This document shows positions 43,601-58,300 of a DNA stretch of 64,000 bases, in pieces (position 1 is the first letter of the stretch; every line of letters begins with the position of its first letter). The stretch covers positions 7,998,001-8,062,000 of the forward strand of contig OZ024740.1 of NCBI GenBank assembly GCA_964016885.1, written 5' to 3'. The stretch comes from Eledone cirrhosa (lineage: Eukaryota). The notes beneath the pieces are model-generated. The model did not search any database and was not told the DNA's origin. It worked only from the letters and a program-made list of their open reading frames with translations. The position numbers and the translations under genes are program-made.

Positions 43601-46600
43601 GGTATATCAGTTTCTATAGGTATGTCATTTTCGATTGGTATATCAGTTTCGATTAGTATGTTAGTTTCTATTGGTATATCAGTTTCGATTGGTATATCTG
43701 TTTCGATTGGTATGTCAGTTTCTATTGGTAGATCAGTTTCGATTGGTATGTTAGTTACTATTGTTACATCAGTTTCGATTAGTATATCAGTTTCTATTGG
43801 TATGTCAGTTTCGATAGGTATGTTAGTCCTTGATTTGTATGTCAGTTTCTATTGGTATATCAGTTTCGATGGGTATATCAGTTTCGATTGGTATGTCAGT
43901 TTCAACTGGCGTATCAGTTTCGAATGGTATGTCTGTTTAGATTAGTATATCAGTTTCTATTGGTATGTCAGTTTCTATTTGTATAGCAGTTTGGATTGGT
44001 ATATCAGAGTCGATTGGTATGACAGTTTCGATTGGTATGTAAGTTTCGATTGGAATATAAGTTTCTAATTGTATATCAATTTACATTGGTATGTCAGATA
44101 CGATTGGAATGTCAGTTTCTATCGGTATATCAGTTTCGATTGTTATGTCAGTTTCTATTGCTATATCAGTTTCTATTGGTATGTCAGTTTCTATTGGTAT
44201 ATCAGTTTCAATTGGTATGTTAGTTTCTATTGGTAAGTCAGCTTCGATTAGTATATCAGTTTCTATTGGTATATCAGTTTCGATTGGTATGTCAGTTTCG
44301 ATTGGTATATCAGTTTCTATTGGTATATCAGTTTCAATTGGTATGTCAGTTTCGATTAGTATATCAGTTTCGATTGGTAGGTCAGTTTCTATTGGTATGT
44401 CAGTTTCGATTAGTATATCAGTTTCTATTGGTATGTCTGTTTCTATTGGTATATCAATTTTGATTGGTATATCAGTTTCGATAGGTATGTCAGTTTCGAT
44501 TGGTTTGTCAGTTTTGATTGGTATATCAGTTTCGAATGGTATGTCAATCTCGATTGGTATGTCAGTTTCGATTGGTATATCAGTTTCTATTGGTATGTCT
44601 GTTTCTATTGGTATATCAGTTTTTATTGGTATATCAGTTTCGATTGGTATATCAGTTTCTATTAGTATATCAGTTCCTATTGGTATGTCAGTTTCGATTG
44701 GTATGTCATTTTCGATTGGTATGTTAGTCCTCGATTTGTATGTCAGTTTCTATTGGTATATCAGTATCGATTGGTATATCAGTTTCGATTGGTATATCAG
44801 TTCCTATTGCTATATCAGTTTCTATTGGTATGTCAGTTTCTATTGGTATATCAGCTTCTATTTGTATATCAGTTTCGATTAATATGTCAGTTTCTATTGG
44901 TATGTCAGTTTCGATTAGTATATCAGTTTCTATTGGTATGTCAGTTTCGATTGGTATGTCAGTTTTGATTGGTATATCAGTTTCGATTGGTATGTCAGTT
45001 TCTATTGTTGTATCAGTTTCTATTGGTATGTCAGTTTCGATAGGTATGTCAGTTTTTACTGGTAAGTCAGTCTCGATTGGTATGTCAGTTTCGATAGGTA
45101 TGTCAGTTTTTACTGGTAAGTCAGTCTCGATTGGTATGTCAGTTTCGATTGGTATGTTATTCCTCGATTTGTATGTCAGTTTCTATTGGTATTTCAGTAT
45201 CGATTGATATATCAGTTTCGATTGGTATATCAGTTCCTATTGCTACATCAGTTTCTATTGGTATGTAAGTTTTGATTAGTATGTCATTTTCTACTGGTAT
45301 GTCAGTTTCGATTAGTATATCAGTTTCTATTGCTATGTCAGTTTCGATTGGTATGTCAGTTTCTATTGGTATAACAGTTTCGATTGGTATATCAGTTTCT
45401 ATTGGTATATCAGTTTTTATTGGTATGTTAGTCCTCGATTTGTATGTCAGTTTCTATTGGTATATCAAATTCGATTGGTATATCAGTTTCAATTTGTATG
45501 TCAGTTTTTATTGGTATATCAGTTCCTATTGGTATGTCAGTTTCGATTGGTATATCAGTTTTGATTGGTATGTCAGTTTCGATTAGTATATGTGTTTCTA
45601 TTGGAATGTCAGTTTCGATTGGTATGTCAGTTTCGATTGGTATGTCAGTTTCAATTGGTATATAAGTTTCAATTGGTATATCAGTTACCATTGGTATGTC
45701 AGATTCGATTGGAATGTCATTTTCTATTGGTATATCAGTTTCGATTGGTATGTCCGTTTCGATTGGTATGTCAGTATCAATTGGTATATCAGTTTCGATT
45801 GGTATATCAGTTTAGATTAGTTTGTAAGTTTCGATTGGTATATCAGTTTCGATTGGTATATCAGTTTCGAATGGTATGTCAATCTCGATTGGTATGTCAG
45901 TTTCGATTGGTATATCAGTTTCTATTGGTATGTCTGTTTCTATTGGTATATCAGTTTTGATTGGTATATCAGTTTCTATTGGTATGTCAGTTTCTATTGG
46001 TATATCAGTTTAGATTGGTATATCAGTTTCGATTGATATGTCAGTTTCGACTGGTATATCAGTCCCGATTGGTATTTCAGTTTCGATTGGTATATTAGTT
46101 TCAATTGGTATGTCAGTTTCAATTAGAATATCAGCTTCTATTGGTATGTAAGTTTCGATTGGTATATCAGTTTCGATTGGTATAACAGTTTCGATTAGTA
46201 TATGAGTTTCGAATAGTATATCAGTTTCGATTGGTATATCAGTTTTAATTGGTATGTCAGTTTCGATTGGTATGTAAGTTTCGATTGGTATATCAGTTTC
46301 GATTGGTATGTCAGTTTCGATTAGTATATGAGTTTCTATTGATATATCAGTTTCGATTGGTATGTCAGTTTCTATTGGTATGTCAGTTTCAATTGATATG
46401 TCAGTTTTGATTGGTATATCAGTTTCGATTGGTATATCAGTTTCTATTGGTATATCAGTTTTGATTGGTATATCTGTTTCTATTGGTATATTAGTTTCGA
46501 TTAGTATATCAGTTTCTATTGGTATGTCTGTTTCTATTGGTATATCAATTTTGATTGGTATATCAGTTTCGATAGGTATGTCAGTTTCGATTGGTTTGTC

Positions 46601-49184
46601 AGTTTTGATTGGTATATCAGTTTCGAATGGTATGTCAATCTCGATTGGTATGTCAGTTTCGATTGGTATATCAGTTTCTATTGGTATGTCTGTTTCTATT
46701 GGTATATCAGTTTTTATTGGTATATCAGTTTCGATTGGTATATCAGTTTCTATTAGTATATCAGTTCCTATTGGTATGTCAGTTTCGATTGGTATGTCAT
46801 TTTCGATTGGTATGTTAGTCCTCGATTTGTATGTCAGTTTCTATTGGTATATCAGTATCGATTGGTATATCAGTTTCGATTGGTATATCAGTTCCTATTG
46901 CTATATCAGTTTCTATTGGTATGTCAGTTTCTATTGGTATATCAGCTTCTATTTGTATATCAGTTTCGATTAATATGTCAGTTTCTATTGGTATGTCAGT
47001 TTCGATTAGTATATCAGTTTCTATTGGTATGTCAGTTTCGATTGGTATGTCAGTTTTGATTGGTATATCAGTTTCGATTGGTATGTCAGTTTCTATTGTT
47101 GTATCAGTTTCTATTGGTATGTCAGTTTCGATAGGTATGTCAGTTTTTACTGGTAAGTCAGTCTCGATTGGTATGTCAGTTTCGATTGGTATGTTATTCC
47201 TCGATTTGTATGTCAGTTTCTATTGGTATTTCAGTATCGATTGATATATCAGTTTCGATTGGTATATCAGTTCCTATTGCTACATCAGTTTCTATTGGTA
47301 TGTAAGTTTTGATTAGTATGTCATTTTCTACTGGTATGTCAGTTTCGATTAGTATATCAGTTTCTATTGCTATGTCAGTTTCGATTGGTATGCCAGTTTC
47401 TATTGGTATAACAGTTTCGATTGGTATATCAGTTTCTATTGGTATATCAGTTTTTATTGGTATGTTAGTCCTCGATTTGTATGTCAGTTTCTATTGGTAT
47501 ATCAAATTCGATTGGTATATCAGTTTCAATTTGTATGTCAGTTTTTATTGGTATATCAGTTCCTATTGGTATGTCAGTTTCGATTGGTATGTCAGTTTCG
47601 ATTGGTATGTCAGTTTCAATTGGTATATAAGTTTCTATTGGTATATCAGTTACCATTGGTATGTCAGATTCGATTGGAATGTCATTTTCTATTGGTATAT
47701 CAGTTTCGATTGGTATGTCCGTTTCGATTGGTATGTCAGTATCAATTGGTATATCAGTTTCGATTGGTATATCAGTTTAGATTAGTTTGTAAGTTTCGAT
47801 TGGTATGTCAGTTTCGATTGGTATATCAGTTTCGAATGGTATGTCAATCTCGATTGGTATGTCAGTTTCGATTGGTATATCAGTTTCTATTGGTATGTCT
47901 GTTTCTATTGGTATATCAGTTTTGATTGGTATATCAGTTTCTATTGGTATGTCAGTTTCTATTGGTATATCAGTTTAGATTGGTATATCAGTTTCGATTG
48001 ATATGTCAGTTTCGACTGGTATATCAGTCCCGATTGGTATTTCAGTTTCGATTGGTATATTAGTTTCAATTGGTATGTCAGTTTCAATTAGAATATCAGC
48101 TTCTATTGGTATGTAAGTTTCGATTGGTATATCAGTTTCGATTGGTATAACAGTTTCGATTAGTATATGAGTTTCGAATAGTATATCAGTTTCGATTGGT
48201 ATATCAGTTTTAATTGGTATGTCAGTTTCGATTGGTATGTAAGTTTCGATTGGTATATCAGTTTCGATTGGTATGTCAGTTTCGATTAGTATATGAGTTT
48301 CTATTGATATATCAGTTTCGATTGGTATGTCAGTTTCTATTGGTATGTCAGTTTCAATTGATATGTCAGTTTTGATTGGTATATCAGTTTCGATTGGTAT
48401 ATCAGTTTCTATTGGTATATCAGTTTTGATTGGTATATCTGTTTCTATTGGTATATCAGTTTCGATTAGTATGTCAGTTTCTAATGGTATGTCAGTTTCG
48501 ATTAGTATATCAGTTTCTATTGGTATGTCAGTTTCGATTGGTATGTCAGTTTCGATTGGTATATCAGTTTCGATTGGTATATCAGTTTCGATTTTTATAT
48601 CAGTTTCGATTGGTATGTTAGTTTCAATTAGTATATCAGTTTCTATTGTTATGTCAGTTTCGATTGGTATATCAGTTTCTTTTGGTGTATCAGTTTCTAT
48701 TGGTATCTCAGTTTCGATTGGTCTATCAGTTTCGATTGGTATGTCAGTTTCGATTGGTATGTCAGTTTCGATTGGTATGTAAGTTTCGATTGGTATATCA
48801 GTTTCGATTGGTATGTCAGTTTCGATTAGTATATGAGTTTCGAATGGTATATCAGTTTCGATTGGTATATCAGTTTCTATTGGTATGTCAGTTTCGATTG
48901 GTATGTAAGTTTCGATTGGTATATCAGTTTCGATTGGTATGTCAGTTTCGATTAGTATATGAGTTTCTATTGGTATATCAGTTTCGATTGGTATGTCAGT
49001 TTCGATTAGTATGTCAGTTTCTATTGGTATGTCAGTTTCTATTGGTATGTCAGTTTTGATTGGTATATCAGTTTCGATTGGTATGTCAGTTTCTATTGGA
49101 ATGTCAGTTTCAATTGGTATGTCAGTTTTGATTGGTATATCAGTTTCGATTGTTATATCAGTTTCTAGTGGTATATCAGTTTTG
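37651..49184 (+). repeat. Near-perfect tandem duplication of a 5713/5821-bp block (37651-43363 and 43364-49184) containing about 2-kb subunits
   Basis: Identical ORFs occur at offset 5713 (38319/44032, 38378/44091, 39027/44740, 39559/45272) and then 5821 (41010/46831, 41488/47309, 42506/48327) after a 108-bp (6-monomer) indel near 39980/45700. Internal offsets are 1983 (39027/41010) and 1965 (40541/42506). A related upstream copy lies at offset 2307 (36071/38378). Confidence 0.93.
39327..39434 (+). repeat. Local 54-bp (3-monomer) tandem duplication, also present at 45040-45147
   Basis: ATAGGTATGTCAGTTTTT-ACTGGTAAGTCAGTCTCG-ATTGGTATGTCAGTTTCG occurs twice in a row. It is single-copy in the sibling subunits near 37003, 41310 and 47131. 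Confidence 0.85.
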
Positions 49185-52100
49185 ATTGGTATATCAGTTT
49201 CTATTGGTATATCAGTTTCGATTAGTATGTCAGTTTCTAATGGTATGTCAGTTTCGATTAGTATATCAGTTTCTATTGGTATGTCAGTTTCGATTAGTAT
49301 ATCAGTTTCTATTGGTATGTCAGTTTCGATTGGTATGTCAGTTTCGATTGGTATATCAGTTTCGATTGGTATATCAGTTTCGATTTTTATATCAGTTTCG
49401 ATTGGTATTTCAGTTTCTATTGGTATATCAGTTTCAATTGGTATGTCATTTTCGATTGGTATGTCAGTTTCGATTGGAATGTCAATTTCGATTGGTATAT
49501 CAGTTTCGATTAGTATGTCAGTTTCTATTGGTAAATCAGTTTCGATTGGTATATCTGTTTCGATTGGTATGTCAGTTTTTATTGGTAGATCAGTTTCGAT
49601 TGGTATGTTAGTTACTATTGGTATATCAGTTTCGATTAGAATATCAGTTTCTATTGGTATGTCAGTTTCGATAGGTAAGTTAGACCTTGATTTGTATGTC
49701 AGTTTCTATCGGTATATCAGTTTCGATGGGTATGTCAGTTTCGATTGGTATGTCAGTTTCAATTGGCATATCAGTTTCGAATGGTATGTCTGTTTAGATT
49801 AGTATATCAGTTTCTATAGGTATATCAGTTTCAATTGTTATGTCAGTTTCTATTGGTATATCAGTTTCTATTGGAATGTCAGTTTCTATAGGTATATCAG
49901 TTTCAATTGGTATGTTAGTTTCTATTGGTAAGTCAGCTTCGATTAGTATATCAGTTTCTATTGGTATGTCTGTTTTGATTGGTATGTCAGATTCTATTGG
50001 TATATTAGTTTCGATTGGTATATCAGTTTCGATTAGTATATCAGTTTATATTGGTATATCAGTGTCTATTGGTATATAAGATTCGATTATTATGTCAGTT
50101 TCGATTGGTATGTCAGTTTCGATTGGTATATCAGATTCGATTGGTATATCAGTTTCGATTGGTATATCAGTTTTGATTGGTATAACAGTTTCTATTGTTA
50201 TATCAGTTTCTGTTGGATTGTCAGTTTCGATTGGTATGTCAGTTTCTATTGGTATATCAGTTTCGATTGGTATGTCAGTTTCTATTGGTATGTCAGTTTT
50301 GATTATTATATCATTTACTATTGGTATGTCAGTTTCGATTGGAATGTCAGTTTCGATTCGTATGTCAGTTCTTATTGGTATATCTGTTTGGATTGGTATG
50401 TCAGTTTCGATTAGTATATCAGTTTCTATAGGTATGTCAGTTTCTATTGGTATATCAGTTTGGATTGGTATATCAGTTTCTATTGGTATATCAGTTTTGA
50501 TTGGTATATCAGTTTCGACTGATATATCAGTTTTGATTAGTATGTCAGTTTCTAATGGTATGTCAGTTTCGATTAGTATATCAGTTTCTATGGGTATGTC
50601 AGTTTCGATTGGTATGTCAGTTACGATTGATATATCAGTTTCGATTGGTATATCAGTTTCGATTGTTATAGCAGTTTCGATTGGTATGTCAGTTTCTATT
50701 GGTATATCAGTTTCTATAGGTATGTCATTTTCGATTGGTATGTCAGTTTCGATTGGAATGTCAGTTTCTATTGGTATATCAGTTTCGATTGGTATATCTG
50801 TTTCGATTCGTATGTCAGTTTCTATTGGTAGATCAGTTTCGATTGGTATGTTAGTTACTATTGGTATATCAGTTTCGATTAGTATATCAGTTTCTATTGG
50901 TATGTCAGTTTCGATAGGTATGTTAGTCCTTGATTTGTATGTCAGTTTCTATTGGTATATCAGTTTCGATGGGTATATCAGTTTCGATTGGTATGTCAGT
51001 TTCAATTGGCATATCAGTTTCGAATGGTATGTCTGTTTAGATTAGTATATCAGTTTCTATTGGTATGTCAGTTTCTATTTGTATAGCAGTTTGGATTGGT
51101 ATATCAGATTCGATTGGTATGACAGTTTCGATTGGTATGTCAGTTTCGATTGGTATATAACTTTCTATTGGTATGTCAGTTTCGATTCGTATGTCAGTTT
51201 CTATAGGTATATCTGTTTCGATTGGTATGTCAGTTTCGATTAGTATATCAGTTTCTATAGGTATGTCAGTTTCTATTGGTATATCAGTTTTGATTGGTAT
51301 ATCAGTTTCAATCGGTATATCAGTTTTGATTGGTATATCAGTTTAGATTGATATATCAGTTTCGATTAGTATGTCAGTTTCTAATGGTATGTCAGTTTCG
51401 ATTACTATATCAGTTTCTATTGGTATGTCAGTTTCGATCGGTATGTCAGTTTCGATTGGTATATCAGTTTCGATTGGTATATCAGTTTCGATTGTTATAT
51501 CAGTTTTGATTGGTATGTCAGTTTCTATTGGTATATCAGTTTCTATAGGTATTTCATTTTCGATTGGTATGTCAGTTTCGATTGGAATATCAATTTCAAT
51601 TGGTATATCAGTTTCGATTAGTATGTCAGTTTCTATTGGTATGTCAGTTTCGATTGGTATGTCAGATTCTATTGGTATATCAGTTTCGATTGTTATATCA
51701 GTTTCGATTGGTATATAAGTTTCGATTAGTATGTCAGTTTCTATTGGTATATCCGTTTCGATTGGTATGTCAGTTTCTATTGGTAGATCAGTTTCGATTG
51801 GTATGTTAGTCCTTGATTTGTATGTCAGTTTCTATTGGTATATTAGTTTCGATGGGTATATCAGTTTCTATTGGTATGTCAGTTTTTATTGGTATATCAG
51901 TTTCAATTGGTATGTTAGTTTCTATTGGTAAGTCAGCTTCGATTAGTATATCAGTTTCTATTGGTATATCAGTTTCTATTGGTATATCAGTTTCAATTGG
52001 TATGACAGTTTCGATTGGTATATAAGTTTCTATTGGTATATCAGTTTACATTGGTATGTCAGATTCGATTGGAATGTCAGTTTCTATTGGTATATCAGTT

Positions 52101-55100
52101 TCGATTGGTAGGTCAGTTTCTATTGGTATGTCAGTTTTGATTAGTATATCAGTTTCTATTGGTATGTCTGTTTCTATTGGTATATCAATTTTGACTGGTA
52201 TATCAGTTTCGATTGGTATATCAATTTTGACTGGTATGTCAGTTTCAATTGGTTTGTCAGTTTTGATTGGTATATCAGTTTCGAATGGTATGTCAATCTC
52301 GATTGGTATGTCAGTTTCGATTGGTATATCAGTTTCTATTGGTATGTCTGTTTCTATTGGTATATTAGTTTTGATTGGTATGTCAGTTTCGATTGGTATG
52401 TCAGTTTCGATTGGTATATCAGCTTTGATTGGTATGTCTGTTTCGATTGGTATATCAGTTTCGATTGGTATGTCAGTTTCGATTAGTATATCAGTTTCTA
52501 TTGGTATGTCAGTTTCGATTGGTATGTCAGTTTGGATTAGTATATCAGTTTATATTGGTATATCAGTTTCTATTGGTATATAAGTTTCGATTAGTATGTC
52601 AGTTTCGATTGGTTTGTCAGTTTTGATTGGTATATCAGTTTCGAATGGTATGTCAATCACGATTGGTATGTCAGTTTCGATTGGTATATCAGTTTCTATT
52701 GGTATGTCTGTTTCTATTGGTATATCAGTTTTGATTGGTATATCAGTTTCGATTGGTATATCAGTTTCTATTAGTATTTCAGTTTCTAATGGTATGTCAG
52801 TTTCGATTATTATATCAGTTACTATTGGTATGTCAGTTTTGATTGGTATGTCAGTTTCGATTGGTAAATCTGTTTCGATTGGTATGTCTGTTTCGATTGG
52901 TATATCCGTTTCGATTGGTATGTCAGTTTCGATTAGTATATCAGTTTCTATTGGTATGTCAGTTTCGATTGGTATGTCAGATTCTATTGGTATATCAGTT
53001 TCGATTGGTATATCAGTTTCGATTGGTATATCTGTTTATATTGTTATATCAGTTACTATTGATATGTCAGTTTCGATTGGAATGTCAGTTTCGATTGGTA
53101 TATCAGTTTCTATTGGTATGTCAGTTTTGATTAGTATATCAGTTTCGATTGGTATGTCAGTTTCTATTGGTATATCAGTTTGGATTGGTATATCAGATTC
53201 CATTGGTATGACAGTTTCGATTGGTATATAAGTTTCTATTGGTATATCAGTTTACATTGGTATGTCAGATTCGATTGGTATGTCAGTTTTGATTGGTATA
53301 TCAGTTTCGATAGGTATGTCAGTTTTTACTGGTAAATCAGTCTCGATTGGTATGTCAGTTTCTATTTGTATGTCAGTTTCGATTATTATATCAGTTACTA
53401 TTGGTATGTCAGTTTCGATTGGTATATCAGTTTCTACTGGTATGTCAGTTTCGATTAGTATATCAGTTTCTATTGGTATGTCAGTTTCGATTGGTATGTC
53501 AGTTTCGATTGGTATATCAGTTTCTATAGGTATGTCAGTTTCTATTGGTATATCAGTTTTTATTGGTATATCAGTTTCTATTGGTATATCAGTTTTGATT
53601 GGTATATCCGTTTCGATTGATATATCAGTTTCGATTAGTATGTCAGTTTCTAATGGTATGTCAGTTTCGATTAGTATATCAGTTTCTATAGGTATGTCAG
53701 TTTCTATTGGTATATCAGTTTCTATAGGTATATCAGTTTCTATTGGTATGTCAGTTTCGATTGGTATGTCAGTTTCGATTGGTATATCAGTTTCGATTGG
53801 TATATCAGTTTCGATTGTTATATCAGTTTCTATTGGTATATCAGTTTCTATAGGTATGTCATTTTCGATTGGTATGTCAGTTTCGATTGGAATGTCAATT
53901 TCGATTGGTATGTCAGTTTCGATTAGTAAGTCAGTTTCTATTGGTATATCAGTTTCGATTGGTATATCTATTTCGATTAGTATATCAGTTTCTATTGGTA
54001 TGTCAGTTTCGATAAGTATGTTAGTCCTTGATTTGTATGTCAGTTTCGATTGGTATGTCAGTTTCAATTGGCATATCAGTATCGAATGGTATGTCTGTTT
54101 GGATTAGTATATCAGTTTCTATTGGTATGTCAGTTTCTATTTGTATAGCAGTTTGGATTGGTATAATAGATTCGATTGATATGACAGTTTCGATTTGTAT
54201 ATCAGTTTCGAATGGTATGTCAATCTCGATTGGTATGTCAGTTTCGATTGGTATATTAGTTTCTATTGGTATGTCTGTTTCTATTGGTATATCAGTTTTG
54301 ATTGGTATATCAGTTTCGAGTGGTATATCAGTTTCTATTAGTATTTCAGTTTCTATAAGTATATCAGCTTCAATTTGTATGTCAGTTTCTATTGGTATAT
54401 CAGTTCCTATTTGTATGTCAGTTTCAATTGGTATGTCAGTTTCGATTGGTATGTTAGTCCTCGATTTGTATGTCAGTTTCTATTGGTATATCAGTATCGA
54501 TTGGTATGTCAGTTTCGATTGATATATCAGTTCCTATTGCTATATAAGTTTCTATTGGTATGTAAGTTTCGATTGGTATATCAGTTTCGATTGTTATGTC
54601 AGTTTCTATTGGTATATCACCTTCTATTTGTATATCAGTTTCGATTAATATGTCAGTTTCTATTGGTATGTCAGTTTCGATTAGTATATCAGTTTCTATT
54701 GGTATGTCAGTTTCGATTGGTATGTCAGTTTTGATTGGTATGTCAGTTTTGATTAGAATATCAGTTTCGATTGGTATGTCAGTTTCTATTGTTGTATCAG
54801 TTTCTATTGGTATGTCAGTTTCGATAGGTATGTCAGTTTTTACTGGTAAATCAGTCTCGATTGGTATGTCAGTTTCTATTGGTATGTCAGTTTCGATTAT
54901 TATGTCAGATACTATTGGTATGTCAGTTTCGATTGGTATATCAGTTTCTACTGGTATGTCAGTTTCGATTAGTATATCAGTTTCTATTGGTATGTCAGTT
55001 TCTATTGGTATATCAGTTTTGATTGGTATATCAGTTTCGACTGGTATGTCAGTTTCTATTTTTATGTCAGTTTGGATTGGTATATCAGTTTCTACTGGTA

Positions 55101-55309
55101 TGTCAGTTTCGATTAGTATATCAGTTTCGATTGGTATGTCAGTTTCGATTGATATGTCAGTTTCGATTGGTATATCAGTTCCGATTAGTATGTCAGTTTC
55201 GATTGGTATGTCAGTTTCGATATGTATATCAGCTTCGATTGCTATGTCAGTTTCGATTGGTATGTGATTTTCGATTGGTATATCAGTTTCTATTGGTATG
55301 TCAGTTTCG

Positions 55310-58300
55310 ATTGGTATGTTAGTCCTCGGATAGTATGTCAGTTTCTATTGGTATATCAGTATCGATTGGTATATCAATTTCAATTAGTATATCAGTTTCT
55401 ATTGGTATGTCAGTTTCTATTGCTATATCAGTTTGTATTGGTATATCAGTTTCGATTGGTATGTCAGTTTCGATTAGTATATCAGTTTCTATAGTTATGT
55501 CAGTTTCTATTGGTATATCAGTTTCGATTGGTATATCAGTTTCTATGGTATGTCAGTTTCGATTGGTATGTCAGTTTCTATTGGTATATCAGTTTCGATT
55601 GATATATCAGTTTCGATTAGTATGACAGTTTCTACTGGTATGTCAGTTTCGATTAGTATATCAGTTTCGATTAGTATGTCAGTTTCTATTGGTATGACAG
55701 TTTCGATTGTTATGTCAGTTTCGATTGGTATATAAGTTTCTATTGGTATATCAGTTTCCATTGTTATGTCACATTCGATTGGAATGTCAGTTTCTATTGG
55801 TATATCAGTTTCGATTGGTAGCTCAGTTTCTATTGGTATAACAGTTTCGATTAGTATATCAGTTTCTATTGGTATGTTTGTTTCTATTGGTATATCAGTT
55901 TCGATTGGTATGTCAGTTTCGATTGGTATGTCAGTTTCAATTGGTATATCAGTTTCGATTGGTATATCAGTTTAGATTGGTATGTAAGTTTCGATTGGGA
56001 TGTCAGTTTTGATTGGTATATCAGTTTCTATTGGTATATCAGTTTCTATTGTTATGTCAGTTTCTATTGGTATATCAGTTTTGATTGGTATATTAGTTTC
56101 GATTGGTATGTCAGTTTCTATTGGTATATCAGTTTTTATTGGTATGTAAGTTTTGATTGGTATATTAGTTTCGATTGGTATGTCAGTTTCGATTAGTATG
56201 TCAATTTCTACTGGTATGTCAGTTTCAATTAGTATATCAGTTTCTATTGGTATGTCATTTTCGATTGGGATGTCAGTTTCGATTGCTTTGTCAGTTTCGA
56301 TTGGTATATCAGTTTCGAATGGTATGTCAATCTCGATAGGTATGTCAGTTTCGATTGGTATATCAGCTTCTATTGGTATGTCAGTTTCAATTAGTATATC
56401 AGTTTCTATTGGTATGTCAGTTTCTATTGGTATATCAGTTTCGATTGGTAAATCAGTTTCGATGGTATGTCAGTTTCGATTGGTATGTCAGTTTCTATTG
56501 GTATATCAGTTTCGATTGATATATCAGTTTCGATTAGTATGTCAATTTCTACTGGTATGTCAGTTTCAATTAGTATATCAGTTTCTATTGGTATGTCAGT
56601 TTCTATTGGTATGTCAGTTTCTATTGGTATATCAGCTGCGATTAGTATATCAGTTTCGATTAGTATGTCAGTTTCTATTGGTATGTCAGTTTCAATTGGT
56701 ATGTCAGTTTTGATTGGTATATGAGTTTCTACTGATATGTCAGTTTCGATTAGTATATCAGTTTCTATTGGTATGTCAGTTTCTATTGGTATATCAATTT
56801 TGATTGGTATATCAGTTTCGATTGGTATGTCAATTTATATTGGTATATCAGTTTTTATTGGTATGTCAGTTGTGATTGGTATATTAGTTTCTATTGGTAT
56901 GTCAGTTTCGATTGATATGTCAGTTTTGATTGGTATATCAGTTCCGGTTGGTATGTCAGTTTCGATTGGTATGTCAGTTTCGATTGGTATATCAGCTTCG
57001 ATTGGTATGTCAGTTTCGATTGGTATGTCAATTTCGATTGATATATTACTTTCTACTGGTATTGCAGTTTCAATTAATATATCAGTTTCTATTGGTATGT
57101 CAGATTCAATTAGTATATCAGTTTCTATTGGTATGTCAGTTTCGATTGGTATGTTAGTCCTCGAATTGTATGTCAGTTTCTATTGGTATATCAGTTTCGA
57201 TTCGTATGTCAATTTCAATTAGTATATCAGTTTCTATAGGTATGTCAGTTTCTATTGGTATGTCAGTTTCTATTGCTATATCAGTTTCTATTGGTATATC
57301 AGTTTCGATTGGTATGTCAGTTTCGATTAGTATATCAGTTTCTATAGGTATGTCAGTTTCTATTGGTATATCAGTTTCGATTGGTATATCAGTTTCTATG
57401 GTATGTCAGTTTCGTTTGGTATGTCAGTTTCTATTGGTATATCAGTTTCGATTGACATATCAGTTTTGATTAGTATGTCAGTTTCTACTGGTATGTCAGT
57501 TTCGATTAGTATATCAGTTTCTATTGGTATGTCAGTTTCGATTGATATGTCAGTTTCTATTTGTATATCAGTTTCGATTGGTATATCAGTTTCTATTGGT
57601 ATATCAGATTCAATTAGTATATCAGTTTCGATTAGTATGTCAGTTTCTATTGGTATGACAGTTTCGATAGTTATGTCAGTTTCGATTGGTATATAAGTTT
57701 CTATTGGTATATCAGTTTCCATTGTTATGTCACATTCGATTGGAATGTCAGTTTCTATTGGTATATCAGTTTCGATTGGTAGGTCAGTTTCTATTGGTAT
57801 ATCAGTTTCGATTAGTATATCAGTTTCTATTGGTATGTCTGTTTCTATTGGTATATCAGTTTCGATTGGTATGTCAGTTTCGATTGGTATGTCAGTTTCA
57901 ATTGGTTTATTAGTTTCGATTGGTACATCAGTTTAGATTGGTATGTAAGTTTCGATTGGGATGTCAGTTTTGATTGGTATATCAGTTTCTATTGGTATAT
58001 CAGTTTCTATTGTTATGTCAGTTTCTATTGGTATATCAGTTTTGATTGGTATATTAGTTTCGATTGGTATGTCAGTTTCTATTGGTATATCAGTTTTTAT
58101 TGGTATGTAAGTTTTGATTGGTATATTAGTTTCGATTGGTATGTCAGTTTCGATTAGTATGTCAATTTCTACTGGTATGTCAGTTTCAATTAGTATATCA
58201 GTTTCTATTGGTATGTCATTTTCGATTGGTATGTCAGTTTCGATTGCTTTGTCAGTTTCGATTGGTATATCAGTTTCGAATGGTATGTCAATCTCGATTG

